Shown here: positions 39,582 to 49,647 of the stretch, one piece after another | Layout of the letters: each line of letters begins with the position of its first letter | How positions within the stretch are numbered: position 1 is the first letter of the stretch | DNA from: an uncultured virus (IMG/VR IMGVR_UViG_3300008107_000009) | Taxonomy: Duplodnaviria; Heunggongvirae; Uroviricota; Caudoviricetes | IMG/VR virus record: IMGVR_UViG_3300008107_000009 | Direction: 5' to 3' (one strand) | Length of the DNA: 64,000 bases | Translations under genes and position numbers: made by a program | Notes under the pieces: generated by a model | The model's database searches: none | Told to the model about the DNA's origin: nothing | What the model saw: the letters and a program-made list of their open reading frames with translations, nothing else

Positions 39582-40589
39582 TTAGCTTTTCATAGTTTCT
39601 TCTATCATCTCATCAAATATCTGTGAAAGATCCAGTTTAGGTTCCCATCCTAAAATATCCTTTGCCTTTGTAGCATCGCCTAAGAGTAGTTCAACTTCAG
39701 CTGGTCTATAATATTTAGGATCTACTCCAACAATTATCTTGTTAGTTTTTCTGTCAATGCCTATCTCCCCTACTTCTTGCGGCTCCCAGTAAATTTCTAT
39801 CCCTATTTTTTTACAAACCATTTCCACCATTTCCTTAATAGAGTATGTTACTCCAGTGGCTAAAACAAAATCATCAGGCTTCTCTTGCTGTAGCATTCTC
39901 CACATTCCCTCAACATATTCTTTAGCATGCCCTATATCTCTTTTGGCAGATAAATTGCCTAAAGTTAATATTTCAGTTCTTCCTCTTTTGATATCACAAA
40001 GAGTTTGAATTATTTTTTTCTCTACGAAGTTTTCTCCTCTTCTAGGAGATGTGTGGTTGAACAGAATTCCATTGCATGCAAACATATCATAGGATTCTCT
40101 ATAGTTTTTAATAATCCAAAAACCATAGAGCTTTGCTACTCCATAGGGAGATCTTGGATAAAAGGGGGTAGTTTCTTTTTGAGGAGTTTCCTGAACCTTA
40201 CCATAAAGCTCAGAGGTCGAAGCTTGATAAAGTTTGGAACTCGGGGAATGAGTGCGAATCGCTTCTAACACATTCAATGTTCCTATTGCATCAACCTGTC
40301 CAGTGTAATTAGGAATCTCGAAAGAAATTTTAACATGACTTTGTGCACCTAAATTATAAACCTCTTCCGGTTGTATTTTGGAAATAACACTGGAAACACT
40401 CCCGTAATCTGTTAAATCTATATAATGTCTTTTAAAATTAGGATGATCTCTAAAATGTTCAATTCTGGAAGAATTAAAAGAAGAAGATCTTCTAATAGTT
40501 CCGTGAACAAAATATCCTTTCTCTAGGAGGAGTTCTGCTAGGTAAGATCCATCCTGTCCATTTACCCCCGTTATTAATGCTACTTTCAT
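39582..40589 (-). CDS. gmd: GDP-mannose 4,6-dehydratase
   Basis: [61 protein letters not shown]. Confidence 0.97.
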   Translation of the reverse strand: MKVALITGVNGQDGSYLAELLLEKGYFVHGTIRRSSSFNSSRIEHFRDHPNFKRHYIDLTDYGSVSSVISKIQPEEVYNLGAQSHVKISFEIPNYTGQVDAIGTLNVLEAIRTHSPSSKLYQASTSELYGKVQETPQKETTPFYPRSPYGVAKLYGFWIIKNYRESYDMFACNGILFNHTSPRRGENFVEKKIIQTLCDIKRGRTEILTLGNLSAKRDIGHAKEYVEGMWRMLQQEKPDDFVLATGVTYSIKEMVEMVCKKIGIEIYWEPQEVGEIGIDRKTNKIIVGVDPKYYRPAEVELLLGDATKAKDILGWEPKLDLSQIFDEMIEETMKS

Positions 40590-41521
40590 ATTCTTATTGA
40601 TTCCTTATTTTCATAGAACCACTTAACAGTTCTTTTTATACCATCTTCTAGTTTTATTTTAGATTTCCATCCAATTGAGTTTATCTTAGAATTATCCAAA
40701 ACCTTTCTAGGGGTTCCGTCTGGTCCGTTTGTATTAAAAATTATTTTTCCCTCGTAATCCATTTCTTTAACTAGTATTTCCGCAAGTTGTTTGATGGTAA
40801 CTTCCTCACCTGAACCTAAGTTAATGATTCCATCCTCTCCTTTATGATTTTCCATCACAAAAATTACACCATCTGCTAAATCCTCTATGAATAAGAATTC
40901 CCTAAATGGTCTACCTGTACCCAGCAGATTTAATTCTTCAGATCCAGCTTCTTTAGCTCTATCAATTTTAATCATCATCCCAGGGATTACGTGGGAAGCT
41001 TCATGATTAAAATTATCACCAGGTCCATATAAATTACAAGGCATTAAAGAATAATATTTTTTACCATACTGCTCTCTAATTGAATCGCACAATTGAATGC
41101 CAGCTATCTTTGCTAGAGCATATGATTTATTGGTCTTTTCTAATGGCCCAGTTAACAAATACTCTTCCTTTATTGGTTGTTGACATTCTCTAGGATAAAT
41201 GCAAGATGATCCAAGAAAAACAAGATTATCAACACCACTTTTAAAAGCAGACATAATCACATTATTCTGGATAGTTAGATTCTCGTAAAGATATTCTGTG
41301 GGATATGTTGCATTTGCAACTATACCTCCAACTCTGGCAGCAGCTAGAATAACATAATCTACACGATTTTTTAAAAACCAATCTAGTACCTTTTTCTCAT
41401 CCAAGAGATCTAAATCCTTTCTTATTGGTGATAGCACTTCATACTTATCCGTGTCTATTTTTTTTAAAATATTTGAACCAACTAAACCAGAGGATCCAAA
41501 TAATGCTAATTTATACTTCAT
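40586..41521 (-). CDS. fcl: GDP-L-fucose synthase
   Basis: [61 protein letters not shown]. Confidence 0.96.
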   Translation of the reverse strand: MKYKLALFGSSGLVGSNILKKIDTDKYEVLSPIRKDLDLLDEKKVLDWFLKNRVDYVILAAARVGGIVANATYPTEYLYENLTIQNNVIMSAFKSGVDNLVFLGSSCIYPRECQQPIKEEYLLTGPLEKTNKSYALAKIAGIQLCDSIREQYGKKYYSLMPCNLYGPGDNFNHEASHVIPGMMIKIDRAKEAGSEELNLLGTGRPFREFLFIEDLADGVIFVMENHKGEDGIINLGSGEEVTIKQLAEILVKEMDYEGKIIFNTNGPDGTPRKVLDNSKINSIGWKSKIKLEDGIKRTVKWFYENKESIRI

Positions 41522-41535
41522 AAAATATTAACGAT

Positions 41536-42234
41536 TTAATTATGTACTGGGTATTTGGCTATAATGTTACCATTAATTAATTCAATCTCATAACCCCATT
41601 CTTTTAATAGATTTAAAGAATCGTCAGCATTGTATCCATATTGAGATGTATTTTCCTGACTATATTCGCAATAAATAATAGGATGTAAAGTGTTAATTGT
41701 TTTTTCTCCTCCCTTTAAAACCATAAGCTCATGACCCTCTGTATCTATTTTAATGATATCAGGGTTTAAATTTAAACTATCAATCGTAACAGTTTTAACC
41801 TCAAACGTTCTATAATTTTTATGGGAAGCAGGTTTACCACCTAGCATAGATAGTGCAATGGGTAAGTCTTCTACTATTTCATTAAAGTCAAATATACCCT
41901 CTTTATCAGACACCGCATAGTTATAACACATAGTTTTACTTCCGTTTATAGATATGTTTTTAACCAGCTCGTGATATACCCTAGAAGGTTCAAATGAATG
42001 TATTTTTATACCAGATTTTATTAAATCCAACATGGCATACGAACCTGTGCAGGCTCCAATATCTAATACGGTGCCATTTTCTGGTATATCATTTAAAAAT
42101 CTTTCCACAACATCGCTTTCGTAGACTTTTCCCCCGGTAAAGCTTCCGTGGTATTTAGCACTTTGTTCAGTAATGATTATTTCGATATCAAGATATTTTA
42201 TCAATTGAACATCTTTGTTTTGTGATTCTTGCAT
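41536..42234 (-). CDS. FkbM-family SAM methyltransferase
   Basis: VLDIGACTG, SFEP, IKIDTEGHELMVLKGG. Confidence 0.9.
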   Translation of the reverse strand: MQESQNKDVQLIKYLDIEIIITEQSAKYHGSFTGGKVYESDVVERFLNDIPENGTVLDIGACTGSYAMLDLIKSGIKIHSFEPSRVYHELVKNISINGSKTMCYNYAVSDKEGIFDFNEIVEDLPIALSMLGGKPASHKNYRTFEVKTVTIDSLNLNPDIIKIDTEGHELMVLKGGEKTINTLHPIIYCEYSQENTSQYGYNADDSLNLLKEWGYEIELINGNIIAKYPVHN

Positions 42235-42247
42235 ATACTTTTTTTTA

Positions 42248-42760
42248 TTAATATATTTTATGTTTATCTATAAAATGGTTTATTTCTTTGCCCATTAAAA
42301 GATGTGAATTTTCTAAAATTTTATCCTCGTCCCAATCCCACCATTTTATTTTTAAAAGATCCGATATTTGTTCTTCCGTAAATCTTTTTTTTACCCTGCG
42401 AGAAGGTGATCCTACATTTATAGAATATGGGTCAATATCTTTTGTTACGATAGATCTTGCTCCTATAACTGCACCATCACCGATTGTTACCCCGCTCATT
42501 ATTAAGCAGTCCTCCCCTATCCAAACATCGTTTCCTATTATGACATCTCCTTTCCAAACAGGATGACCCGTTAAATGTCCACATTTATCAAACATTACAC
42601 TAAATGGATAAGTTGATATAAACTCGGTATTATGTCCAAATCCTCCATCGACTATCAATCCTGAAGCTATCGAGCAGTATTTTCCAATAGTAACCGAATT
42701 ATGAACTCCCCTTCTTGTAACATTCCCGTATGATCTATGCCCCATTGTTAATTCTCCCAT
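42248..42760 (-). CDS. Hexapeptide-repeat O-acetyltransferase (CatB/Vat-related)
   Basis: IGKYCSIA, STYPF, IGNDVWIG, GVTIGDGAVIGARSIVTKD, IKWWDW. Confidence 0.92.
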   Translation of the reverse strand: MGELTMGHRSYGNVTRRGVHNSVTIGKYCSIASGLIVDGGFGHNTEFISTYPFSVMFDKCGHLTGHPVWKGDVIIGNDVWIGEDCLIMSGVTIGDGAVIGARSIVTKDIDPYSINVGSPSRRVKKRFTEEQISDLLKIKWWDWDEDKILENSHLLMGKEINHFIDKHKIY

Positions 42761-42771
42761 ATAAATGAATT

Positions 42772-43350
42772 TTATTTAAAATAAACTAAACCTGTACCTG
42801 TATAATGACCCTTACTAGTTAAATCATACTTTTCAGAATCAATAGAATTCCAAAATGTTTCCATAGGTCCGCTAAGGTGTATGTCATCGAATAAAACAAT
42901 TCCTCTGTAATTAATTTTTATCATTTCTTCCATGAACTCAGCCTCAAAAGAACCATCGTGATAGGTATCTAATAATATAAAAGGAGATTTGATAATTAAA
43001 TCAGTAAATTCCAAAACGTTACCTATTTTATAATTAATATTTGGTATTTTAATTTTAGAAATTTCAGGTTGATGATTAACATCAAAAGAAGTTATTGAAT
43101 TTTTAGAATTATATGACATTGCTATGGAAGAACTCCCCTGGTATGTTCCTATATCTAATAAGCTTTCGTTTTCAAAAAGCCCACTTATAAATGCGAGCAA
43201 TCTGTAATGCTCTACCCCGGATTGCATATAAAACCACTCTTTAGGGGTGTTAATAGAATCCGTAATCTTTCTGTAATCATTTAAATCAATAGAATCTAAT
43301 TGATCTTTACCAACTTTGAGTATCTCTGATAAAATTTTTTCCATGTCCAT
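42772..43350 (-). CDS. Class I SAM-dependent methyltransferase (Methyltransf_24-like)
   Basis: LLDIGTYQGSS, ILLDTYH, GIVLFDDI. Confidence 0.75.
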   Translation of the reverse strand: MDMEKILSEILKVGKDQLDSIDLNDYRKITDSINTPKEWFYMQSGVEHYRLLAFISGLFENESLLDIGTYQGSSSIAMSYNSKNSITSFDVNHQPEISKIKIPNINYKIGNVLEFTDLIIKSPFILLDTYHDGSFEAEFMEEMIKINYRGIVLFDDIHLSGPMETFWNSIDSEKYDLTSKGHYTGTGLVYFK

Positions 43351-43356
43351 ATTTTT

Positions 43357-44085
43357 TTATTTTATTATTTCTTTATCGTAATTAGGATGGGATTTAAGTA
43401 TATCTGGTAATGAATTCTTATCAAAAGGAATAGCTTGATCCCATGCACCGCCAGTAGGATGTAAATCCCTCATTCCTGGCTCCCATTTATAATACGTGTT
43501 TTCTAGCCATCCGGGTTTTATTTCATTCTTATGGCCATGAATTTCAAATTTATAATCTATGATTTTATTAGACTGAGCATATCCAAAATGATATATTGTC
43601 CCTTCAATAGGAACCTCTATATTGTTATTTCTCCTAAGATTGAAAATTCTACCAGGCTGAAATCCATCCCTACATACCCAGTTAAAGGATTTCCAAAAAT
43701 GTACAAATCCCGTAATATTTCTTCTCCAAGCTTCGCCGTCATATGTTTCTTTTATACATTTATCAAGGGATGTTGGATTCCATACCTCATCAGAATCTAA
43801 TGTTAACATTATATCATAATCATTAGATTCTTGAAATCCAATATTTCTATGATTTCCCTCGTTATAAGCTTCTATCTTCTTCCATACTATTTTAGAAGAA
43901 GCTGAAAATGCAACATCTTTTATATCATTTTCAGATTCTGGACATTCTATATCAGTTAAGTGTCCATAGCTGGGGGTAGCAGAATATAAAATTAATATTT
44001 TATCTACCTGATCGTCTATAGATTTTATAGAAGATTCTAAATACTCAGTCCCATAATGAATGGGATAATATGCCATTACTTTCAT
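43357..44085 (-). CDS. GT-A fold glycosyltransferase (GT2-like)
   Basis: YLESSIKSIDDQVDKILI, HRN, LTLDSDEVW (DxD), IYHFGY. Confidence 0.75.
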   Translation of the reverse strand: MKVMAYYPIHYGTEYLESSIKSIDDQVDKILILYSATPSYGHLTDIECPESENDIKDVAFSASSKIVWKKIEAYNEGNHRNIGFQESNDYDIMLTLDSDEVWNPTSLDKCIKETYDGEAWRRNITGFVHFWKSFNWVCRDGFQPGRIFNLRRNNNIEVPIEGTIYHFGYAQSNKIIDYKFEIHGHKNEIKPGWLENTYYKWEPGMRDLHPTGGAWDQAIPFDKNSLPDILKSHPNYDKEIIK

Positions 44086-44735
44086 TTTTCTTTTCTAATT
44101 ATTTCCAAACACTCCTCTAATAAATGCTTAGCATGAAATCCAAAACAATTATGAATACTGTGATCACTATCCATATGATTTTCTATGGAAAATTTTCTTG
44201 CTATCTCCACAGGAGCTATTTTAATACCAGCATCATCTAATGCCTTTCTATCATCAAGTAAGAATGTGTCCTCATTTTCCGTCGTGTGGTGTGTTAATGT
44301 TTTTGAATATTCTAATAACCTTTTACTCCTTAATGAGAATCCTCCGTTTCCTACTTGCTTTCCCTCCTCTGGCCATCCTATATAAAGAGGCCAAGGGGAT
44401 CCAATATAATCATACATATAAAATTCATCACTCCAGTAACCAGGATTTAAAACAAAACCATCGTCTTGAAATATTAAACAGAAATCAGTGCTAATATAAT
44501 TTGTCAATTCGTGCAAACAAAATTTAGAATAATCCGAAATTCCAAATCTGTTTATCTTATTAAATTCAATTCCGGGAATTTTAGGATCTTCAACCAAAAA
44601 CATCTTTATAGAATCAAATTCTATATGCTTTTGCATAAAGGAAACTATCTCTTTAAATCTGTTATATCTCTCTTCTAAATAACCCCTTCCATCTATCACA
44701 ACGGCTGTTATTTTTTTAAGATCTAGTTTTTCCAT
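44082..44735 (-). CDS. DUF5672-like putative glycosyltransferase
   Basis: LIFQDDGFV, YDYIGSPW, VGNGGFSLRSK, NED, FSIE, FGFH. Confidence 0.8.
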   Translation of the reverse strand: MEKLDLKKITAVVIDGRGYLEERYNRFKEIVSFMQKHIEFDSIKMFLVEDPKIPGIEFNKINRFGISDYSKFCLHELTNYISTDFCLIFQDDGFVLNPGYWSDEFYMYDYIGSPWPLYIGWPEEGKQVGNGGFSLRSKRLLEYSKTLTHHTTENEDTFLLDDRKALDDAGIKIAPVEIARKFSIENHMDSDHSIHNCFGFHAKHLLEECLEIIRKEK

Positions 44736-45569
44736 CTATAGAAGGTACATTTTTTTATTAGAACAAATAATATCATAAACGTTGCTAATGATAGCTCTCA
44801 TTTTTTCTCTTTCGTGATTGGAATCTACTATAACATTTTTAGCAAGGGTTTTAATTTCCGGTATAGTGAGAAAGCTATTAGGTTCTTTTAGATTTAAATA
44901 AGGCACAGAATCTTCATCCACACCATGGGCTGACATATAATCTTTGAATTTAAATCCCTCCCCTATAACCATATCAGAAAATTCACACCAAATCCCTGGT
45001 ATTCCGTAAGTATGCGCTATGATTAATCCATGTAAGCTGCTGGAAATAATACATCGACATGAGCATATTTGATTTATGATTGATTCCATTTCATCAAACG
45101 TTTCTCCAACTAGTCTTAAATCTATTATCCTAGAACCTCTTTTTCTTCCGAATATTTTTTGAGCATACTCCATGTCTATTATATGGGGAATTATACCTAT
45201 ATCGTATTTGTCGATTCCTGGGGATGGTGTAAAGTAATCAGGTATAAGAATTGCTGGATCACCTAAACTAATTTCGTCAGTTTTTACCCCTACGTCATTA
45301 ACCATCTGGAGGGTCTTTTTTCCTCTCACAGTAATTATCCTAGGAACACCCTCAAAAAACCTATTAACCCCTACGAATCCTGATCCTAAAACTAGGGTCT
45401 GAGAATTTGCTTCGTTTAATATCGATCCTATCATCATGACGTGTGGGTCCTTACTTCCTTCATTAATTTTAAAAGAATTGAATCCCCACATTTTTTTAAC
45501 TAAATACGGATTAAGCTGATCCCCAAAATTTGAACTTTTATGCCAATTTAATTTTAACGACTTATCCAC
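44736..45569 (-). CDS. Polysaccharide pyruvyl transferase (ExoV-like)
   Basis: NFGDQLN, IGSIL, VRGKKT, GDPAIL, IGIIPH, ISSSLHGLIIAHTYGIP, FKFKDY. Confidence 0.9.
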   Translation of the reverse strand: MDKSLKLNWHKSSNFGDQLNPYLVKKMWGFNSFKINEGSKDPHVMMIGSILNEANSQTLVLGSGFVGVNRFFEGVPRIITVRGKKTLQMVNDVGVKTDEISLGDPAILIPDYFTPSPGIDKYDIGIIPHIIDMEYAQKIFGRKRGSRIIDLRLVGETFDEMESIINQICSCRCIISSSLHGLIIAHTYGIPGIWCEFSDMVIGEGFKFKDYMSAHGVDEDSVPYLNLKEPNSFLTIPEIKTLAKNVIVDSNHEREKMRAIISNVYDIICSNKKMYLL

Positions 45570-46416
45570 AAATAGATTTTATTTTATTAAATATGATATC
45601 GTCAGCAGATTCTAACTTTTTAACTCGCTCTAAATTATCAATAACACTATCTAACATCGAATTGTAAAGATCGTGGGTTAAATCATCTAATGATTTTAAA
45701 TCGTTATAGAAAATTATACCATCGGGATTAAAATCCTCGCAAACTTTTCTAGACCCCCAGTAAACAGGGATTGTCCCGGTAGCAAAACAATCGGTTATTT
45801 TTTCGGTGTAATATTTTTCATAGACAGCATTCTCAAAAACCACGGAAAACATGTAATCTTTCAAAGCTGGAAGTTTCGATCGCCACCAATCCCCATTTGG
45901 TCCAGAGCCATCACCAATTCTAGGCGAGTTGTGTGCTCCCCCAAAAAGATCGAGAGATTCTTTTAACTTGTCAGCTACCTCTAATCTGAATTTATGTCCA
46001 TCAGTTCTTGCTTTAGGTGAACATATCATTGAGCATTTTTTGCTCTTCTGATAAATTCGCATTTCATCCGGTTTAGTCCAAGGAAGATTAGATCCCGGTG
46101 GGGCATAAAAGAAAAATTCAGGATCCGACTGAATTAAAAACTCCTCGCAGGTAAAAATGCCAGCGTACTTGTTTTTATATCTTCCTGGATTCTGATAAAC
46201 AGCACTATAAATTTCTATAGCAATTTCTCGAGATTCACACAACCAACCGAATTTAAATTCATGCCTAGGGGTTTCTAGTCCGTCAAAAATTCTATTGTCT
46301 ATATAAACGTGAATATCAGCATCACCTGTTGTCCATGAAAAAGATTTAGGGGGTAAATTAGAACACGAAGAGTACTCCGCGGGGAACGGTAAACCGAATC
46401 CTTTGATTAATTCCAT
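45562..46416 (-). CDS. GT10-family alpha-1,3/4-fucosyltransferase-like protein
   Basis: DYMFSVVFENAVYEKYYTEKITDCFATGTIPVYWG matches the GT10 alpha-1,3-FucT motif. Confidence 0.88.
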   Translation of the reverse strand: MELIKGFGLPFPAEYSSCSNLPPKSFSWTTGDADIHVYIDNRIFDGLETPRHEFKFGWLCESREIAIEIYSAVYQNPGRYKNKYAGIFTCEEFLIQSDPEFFFYAPPGSNLPWTKPDEMRIYQKSKKCSMICSPKARTDGHKFRLEVADKLKESLDLFGGAHNSPRIGDGSGPNGDWWRSKLPALKDYMFSVVFENAVYEKYYTEKITDCFATGTIPVYWGSRKVCEDFNPDGIIFYNDLKSLDDLTHDLYNSMLDSVIDNLERVKKLESADDIIFNKIKSICG

Positions 46417-47600
46417 AAACTAAATCCCTCCTTTATTGTTATTTTTCCTAGTCCGTCATCTTTATAATTTAAAACATAGAGAGGATTTTTCCCTCCCTGT
46501 ATTTCACCTGATATTTTAGAGTCCCAGTCTTTTTCTATATCTTTTACCCCAGATACTCCTAGAATTATTTCACCATTCAAGGGGCTATGATCGGTAAAGT
46601 GGTTTTCGCTAAATGTTGTATTGCCTCCGCTTTCTGTATAGAGTTTGTGAAATTCTAGGGATGAACAGGAGATTTTTTCTAAACCCTGGTCGAAATGAAA
46701 TTTAAGACGAGCATAATCTGAAAAATTATTTAGAAATTTTAAAGCACTAGAAAAGACTATTTCAGACTTTTCTTCAAAATAAACGTGAAATGTTTTTACA
46801 TCTCGACTGTATCTTGCCCTAGTATCATCGTCTACCCCCACTTGCCTATGGGTCTCCATTTTCCCATCAACCCTAGAATTGCCGTTATGAATATATTTTC
46901 CATGTACAAAATCATTCCAATTCTGAGAAAGTAGAAAAACCGAATAATTTCCCCTAAGATGCGGCAAAACGTAGTGTTTTAAAGCATCATGATCTAATTC
47001 AGGGATTCCTTTTAAAAAAGCAGATCTGCAATGAACTACCCATTCCCTTATTATCTTGAAGGATCCTGCAGTATAGTTGAAAAAAAGAGGCGAAGCTTTT
47101 ATTCCGGATAAATCCCCGCTATGTGTTGCCATTCCAATATCCTCAGATATATTATTAAACTCTGAAAATGAAGATTTAAAATCAGTGTCACAGTCCATCC
47201 AGATTAAAGGTGCTTTACTTTCTTTTAATTTTTCAAGGACAAACTCTGGCTTCATTAAGCAATTTGCTCCGTAGCTACCCCTCGAAGTTCTTTCCGAAAT
47301 ATTATATGCTACACCGAATTTTTTACATCTATCAATTAAATTGAGGGCGTAATTTTTGTAATAATTATTTTGTTGGAAGTCTGCGTAATAACTATAAATG
47401 GTAGTAGTCATTTTAGGGTAATCAACAGGGATGTTCGCTTCATTACTTTCTTTTTCCATAAGAGCTAACTTTTCCTCGGTTGACATGGAAACAGTGGGAG
47501 GCCTTCGAAAAGGCCCATCTGGAGGAGCTGGAGTATTTCCAATCTTTCCAAATAGATCTTCAATAGGTTTTCTTAACCTTCTAAATTTTTCAAAAGACAT
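46407..47600 (-). CDS. GT-A fold nucleotide-diphospho-sugar transferase with N- and C-terminal extensions
   Basis: NCLMKPEFV, LIWMDCD (DxD), LDHDAL; paralogue of the adjacent 194-aa gene. Confidence 0.75.
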   Translation of the reverse strand: MSFEKFRRLRKPIEDLFGKIGNTPAPPDGPFRRPPTVSMSTEEKLALMEKESNEANIPVDYPKMTTTIYSYYADFQQNNYYKNYALNLIDRCKKFGVAYNISERTSRGSYGANCLMKPEFVLEKLKESKAPLIWMDCDTDFKSSFSEFNNISEDIGMATHSGDLSGIKASPLFFNYTAGSFKIIREWVVHCRSAFLKGIPELDHDALKHYVLPHLRGNYSVFLLSQNWNDFVHGKYIHNGNSRVDGKMETHRQVGVDDDTRARYSRDVKTFHVYFEEKSEIVFSSALKFLNNFSDYARLKFHFDQGLEKISCSSLEFHKLYTESGGNTTFSENHFTDHSPLNGEIILGVSGVKDIEKDWDSKISGEIQGGKNPLYVLNYKDDGLGKITIKEGFSLWN

Positions 47601-47618
47601 CTATAAATCGTGTTTTTT

Positions 47619-48203
47619 TTATATATCAGCTTTTCTAGAAGCCTGAAAATGCTCAATAACAGGAGAGACCCCAGGATGCAATCTTTTAGAATGATCAAAG
47701 ATAAATGTGTATTCGGGTGGCAAGTTCTGGTAAGACACGTCATCACACACTTCGAGAGCTCTTTGCATATTTTTCTGTTCCCATGTTTCTGGGTCCATTC
47801 TATTCGATTTTATGACATTATTGATCTCTATCCATTTTTCAACCAGTCTTTTAGTTCTTTCGTTGTTGGCAAGGAAGATAGTTCCACTTAATGCCTCGTT
47901 TCTTCTCCATCTAAAATTCTCAGTTCGATATGCAATATCGCAATCTATTGTTTGGAATAAAGTTGGGTAACTTCTAAAGACTGCGTCGACATCAACATAA
48001 ACTAAATTTTGGGAGAATCCTGATAAACAATCTAAAATAAAGTTTGCTTTAAAGTGCGTGTTCTTTTCCCAGGTTCCTAGATTTTGGATGGGGCTTAAGT
48101 GAAGGGGTATACCAAACTCTGAACAAGATCTGCTAAGATTTTCCGAGAGTGCTTCGTATTGGTTTCCTTTGGTAAAATAAGCTATTACAAGAAAGGGGCT
48201 CAT
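47619..48203 (-). CDS. GT-A fold nucleotide-diphospho-sugar transferase
   Basis: NTHFKANFI, LVYVDVDAVF (DxD), LSGTIF, WEQKNM, LPPEY, IEHFQASR. Confidence 0.8.
   Translation of the reverse strand: MSPFLVIAYFTKGNQYEALSENLSRSCSEFGIPLHLSPIQNLGTWEKNTHFKANFILDCLSGFSQNLVYVDVDAVFRSYPTLFQTIDCDIAYRTENFRWRRNEALSGTIFLANNERTKRLVEKWIEINNVIKSNRMDPETWEQKNMQRALEVCDDVSYQNLPPEYTFIFDHSKRLHPGVSPVIEHFQASRKADI
47620..47627 (-). promoter_or_regulatory. Putative late promoter GATATATA driving the glycosylation operon
   Basis: Perfect motif 19 nt upstream of ATG 47600, overlapping the preceding stop codon. Confidence 0.55.
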
Positions 48204-48233
48204 TAGATACTATAGATATATTCATACCCCGGG

Positions 48234-48250
48234 TTGTTATCAGATAACAA
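48234..48250. promoter_or_regulatory. Operator-like palindrome TTGTTATC-A-GATAACAA
   Basis: Perfect 8-bp arms with a 1-nt spacer in a divergent intergenic region. Confidence 0.4.
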
Positions 48251-48348
48251 TTTTAGCAGGGTTTTAAAGGAAAGTTTCCAGATTCGAGAAAATTATTTTT
48301 TAATCCGAAAATATTCCTGTTTTGAGTTATATATTATATCAGATACCA

Positions 48349-49077
48349 ATGAAGAGTTTACATCCATACTGGTTTTTACAATCTCCTGTTGATATGGAGC
48401 ACAAATACTATGTTCTAATGGATTTTTTGCAGTCTGTCGAATCTGATTTAGATCAGAAAAAATACTCAGATCAAATACAAAAGATTAACCGGGTTTATAA
48501 TGATCTTAAGAGCTTTCAAAAGTTCCAAAAACTAAGTGACAAGACAGTAAGAGCTATGACGCAGGAGGAAATAGAAAAAACAAAGGATCTCACTGTTAGC
48601 CTAATAGAGAATGAAGAAGTTGATTATATCTTGGATAACAGTCTGGAGGTTTTGGAAAAATTTATCACAAAAATCAATCCCTATATAGAGGAAATAGAAA
48701 AATCCCTAGAATTCAAAATACATAATGATAAATCACTAAATAGTGATAGGGGTTACATGATAATTAGAAATAATAAAAATAAGAAGATAAAAATATACTC
48801 CTGGCTCTTTTCAATCATAACAGTAGATGAAACCGAGCAGGTTGGTCTACTATTAAGTGAACTTTTAGATCCCTCCCCTGTTTACAGTAAATCTGATAAA
48901 AAAATATTTGATTTCGTAAAGAAAGAAGTAAAAAACTTTTCTAAATATAATGATTGCTTCATTATAGTTGATCTTGAAAAATCTAAAGGTGAAGATGAGA
49001 TATCTTTTGAATTAATAAAAGAAAGATCTATAGAATTTATAGTTAGCAATTATAAAAACTATCTCTCCTCTTTTTAA
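48349..49077 (+). CDS. Conserved hypothetical protein (recalled Bacteroidota-type family)
   Basis: In-frame ATG at 48349 preferred to TTG 48322; N-terminus LHPYWFLQSPVDMEHKYYVLMDFLQ. Confidence 0.65.
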   Translation: MKSLHPYWFLQSPVDMEHKYYVLMDFLQSVESDLDQKKYSDQIQKINRVYNDLKSFQKFQKLSDKTVRAMTQEEIEKTKDLTVSLIENEEVDYILDNSLEVLEKFITKINPYIEEIEKSLEFKIHNDKSLNSDRGYMIIRNNKNKKIKIYSWLFSIITVDETEQVGLLLSELLDPSPVYSKSDKKIFDFVKKEVKNFSKYNDCFIIVDLEKSKGEDEISFELIKERSIEFIVSNYKNYLSSF

Positions 49078-49628
49078 CCTTCCATTCTACTCAATAAATT
49101 GGAAAATTCTTTCTGATTAATTCCCACTGAATCTGGGATAAAATCTTCTAGGGAAATAACTTCGTCGTCTTTCTCTGGATATGAGTCAGTAAAGCAGATC
49201 TTCACAGATTTCAAAGAAGGGGAATAATACACGTCGCATCTTCTTCCCTTTTTCCTCAAATTCTCGTAACATAACAAATAACCGTCTGGAAGCATTTTAG
49301 GATTATGCTCTGCTCTAGAATCTAAAAACCCCTCCAGGTCTTTTATTAAAGTATCTATTTTTTCCTGAGAAAGCTCTGGTATTTGTGAGATCTTTAATAT
49401 CCCTGAATTCTTAAATATAAAATCCATCATTTCGGATTTTTCCTTAGAGGAAGATCTAAGGTAGATCTCATTCAGATCCTTTGCAAAATCATCTTTAGAA
49501 TAACCGATCCTGTGATCAAAATTTATGGCGTATTTAAAAGGGGGAACATCAGAATATCCTCGGTCGTGGGATCCCGCCGAAGTGCTTTCGAAAAGAGAAC
49601 TGAAAGATTTTATATGCCTTAAACTCAT
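49074..49628 (-). CDS. Hypothetical protein, putative internal head protein
   Basis: N-terminus RHIKSFSSLFES; own promoter motif. Confidence 0.65.
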   Translation of the reverse strand: MSLRHIKSFSSLFESTSAGSHDRGYSDVPPFKYAINFDHRIGYSKDDFAKDLNEIYLRSSSKEKSEMMDFIFKNSGILKISQIPELSQEKIDTLIKDLEGFLDSRAEHNPKMLPDGYLLCYENLRKKGRRCDVYYSPSLKSVKICFTDSYPEKDDEVISLEDFIPDSVGINQKEFSNLLSRMEG

Positions 49629-49634
49629 TTGTTT

Positions 49635-49642
49635 TATATATC
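49635..49642 (-). promoter_or_regulatory. Putative late promoter GATATATA
   Basis: 6 nt upstream of ATG 49628, directly after a terminator. Confidence 0.6.
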
Positions 49643-49647
49643 ACTAT

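Noticed and set aside
42248..42760. Antibiotic resistance gene (catB/vat)
   Set aside because: The family motif is shared with sugar O-acetyltransferases, and the gene sits in the middle of a glycan operon.
39582..48203. Bacterial chromosomal O-antigen/capsule locus or assembly chimera
   Set aside because: No wzx, wzy or initiating transferase; seamless packing with phage genes, similar composition, and the phage promoter motif inside the cluster.
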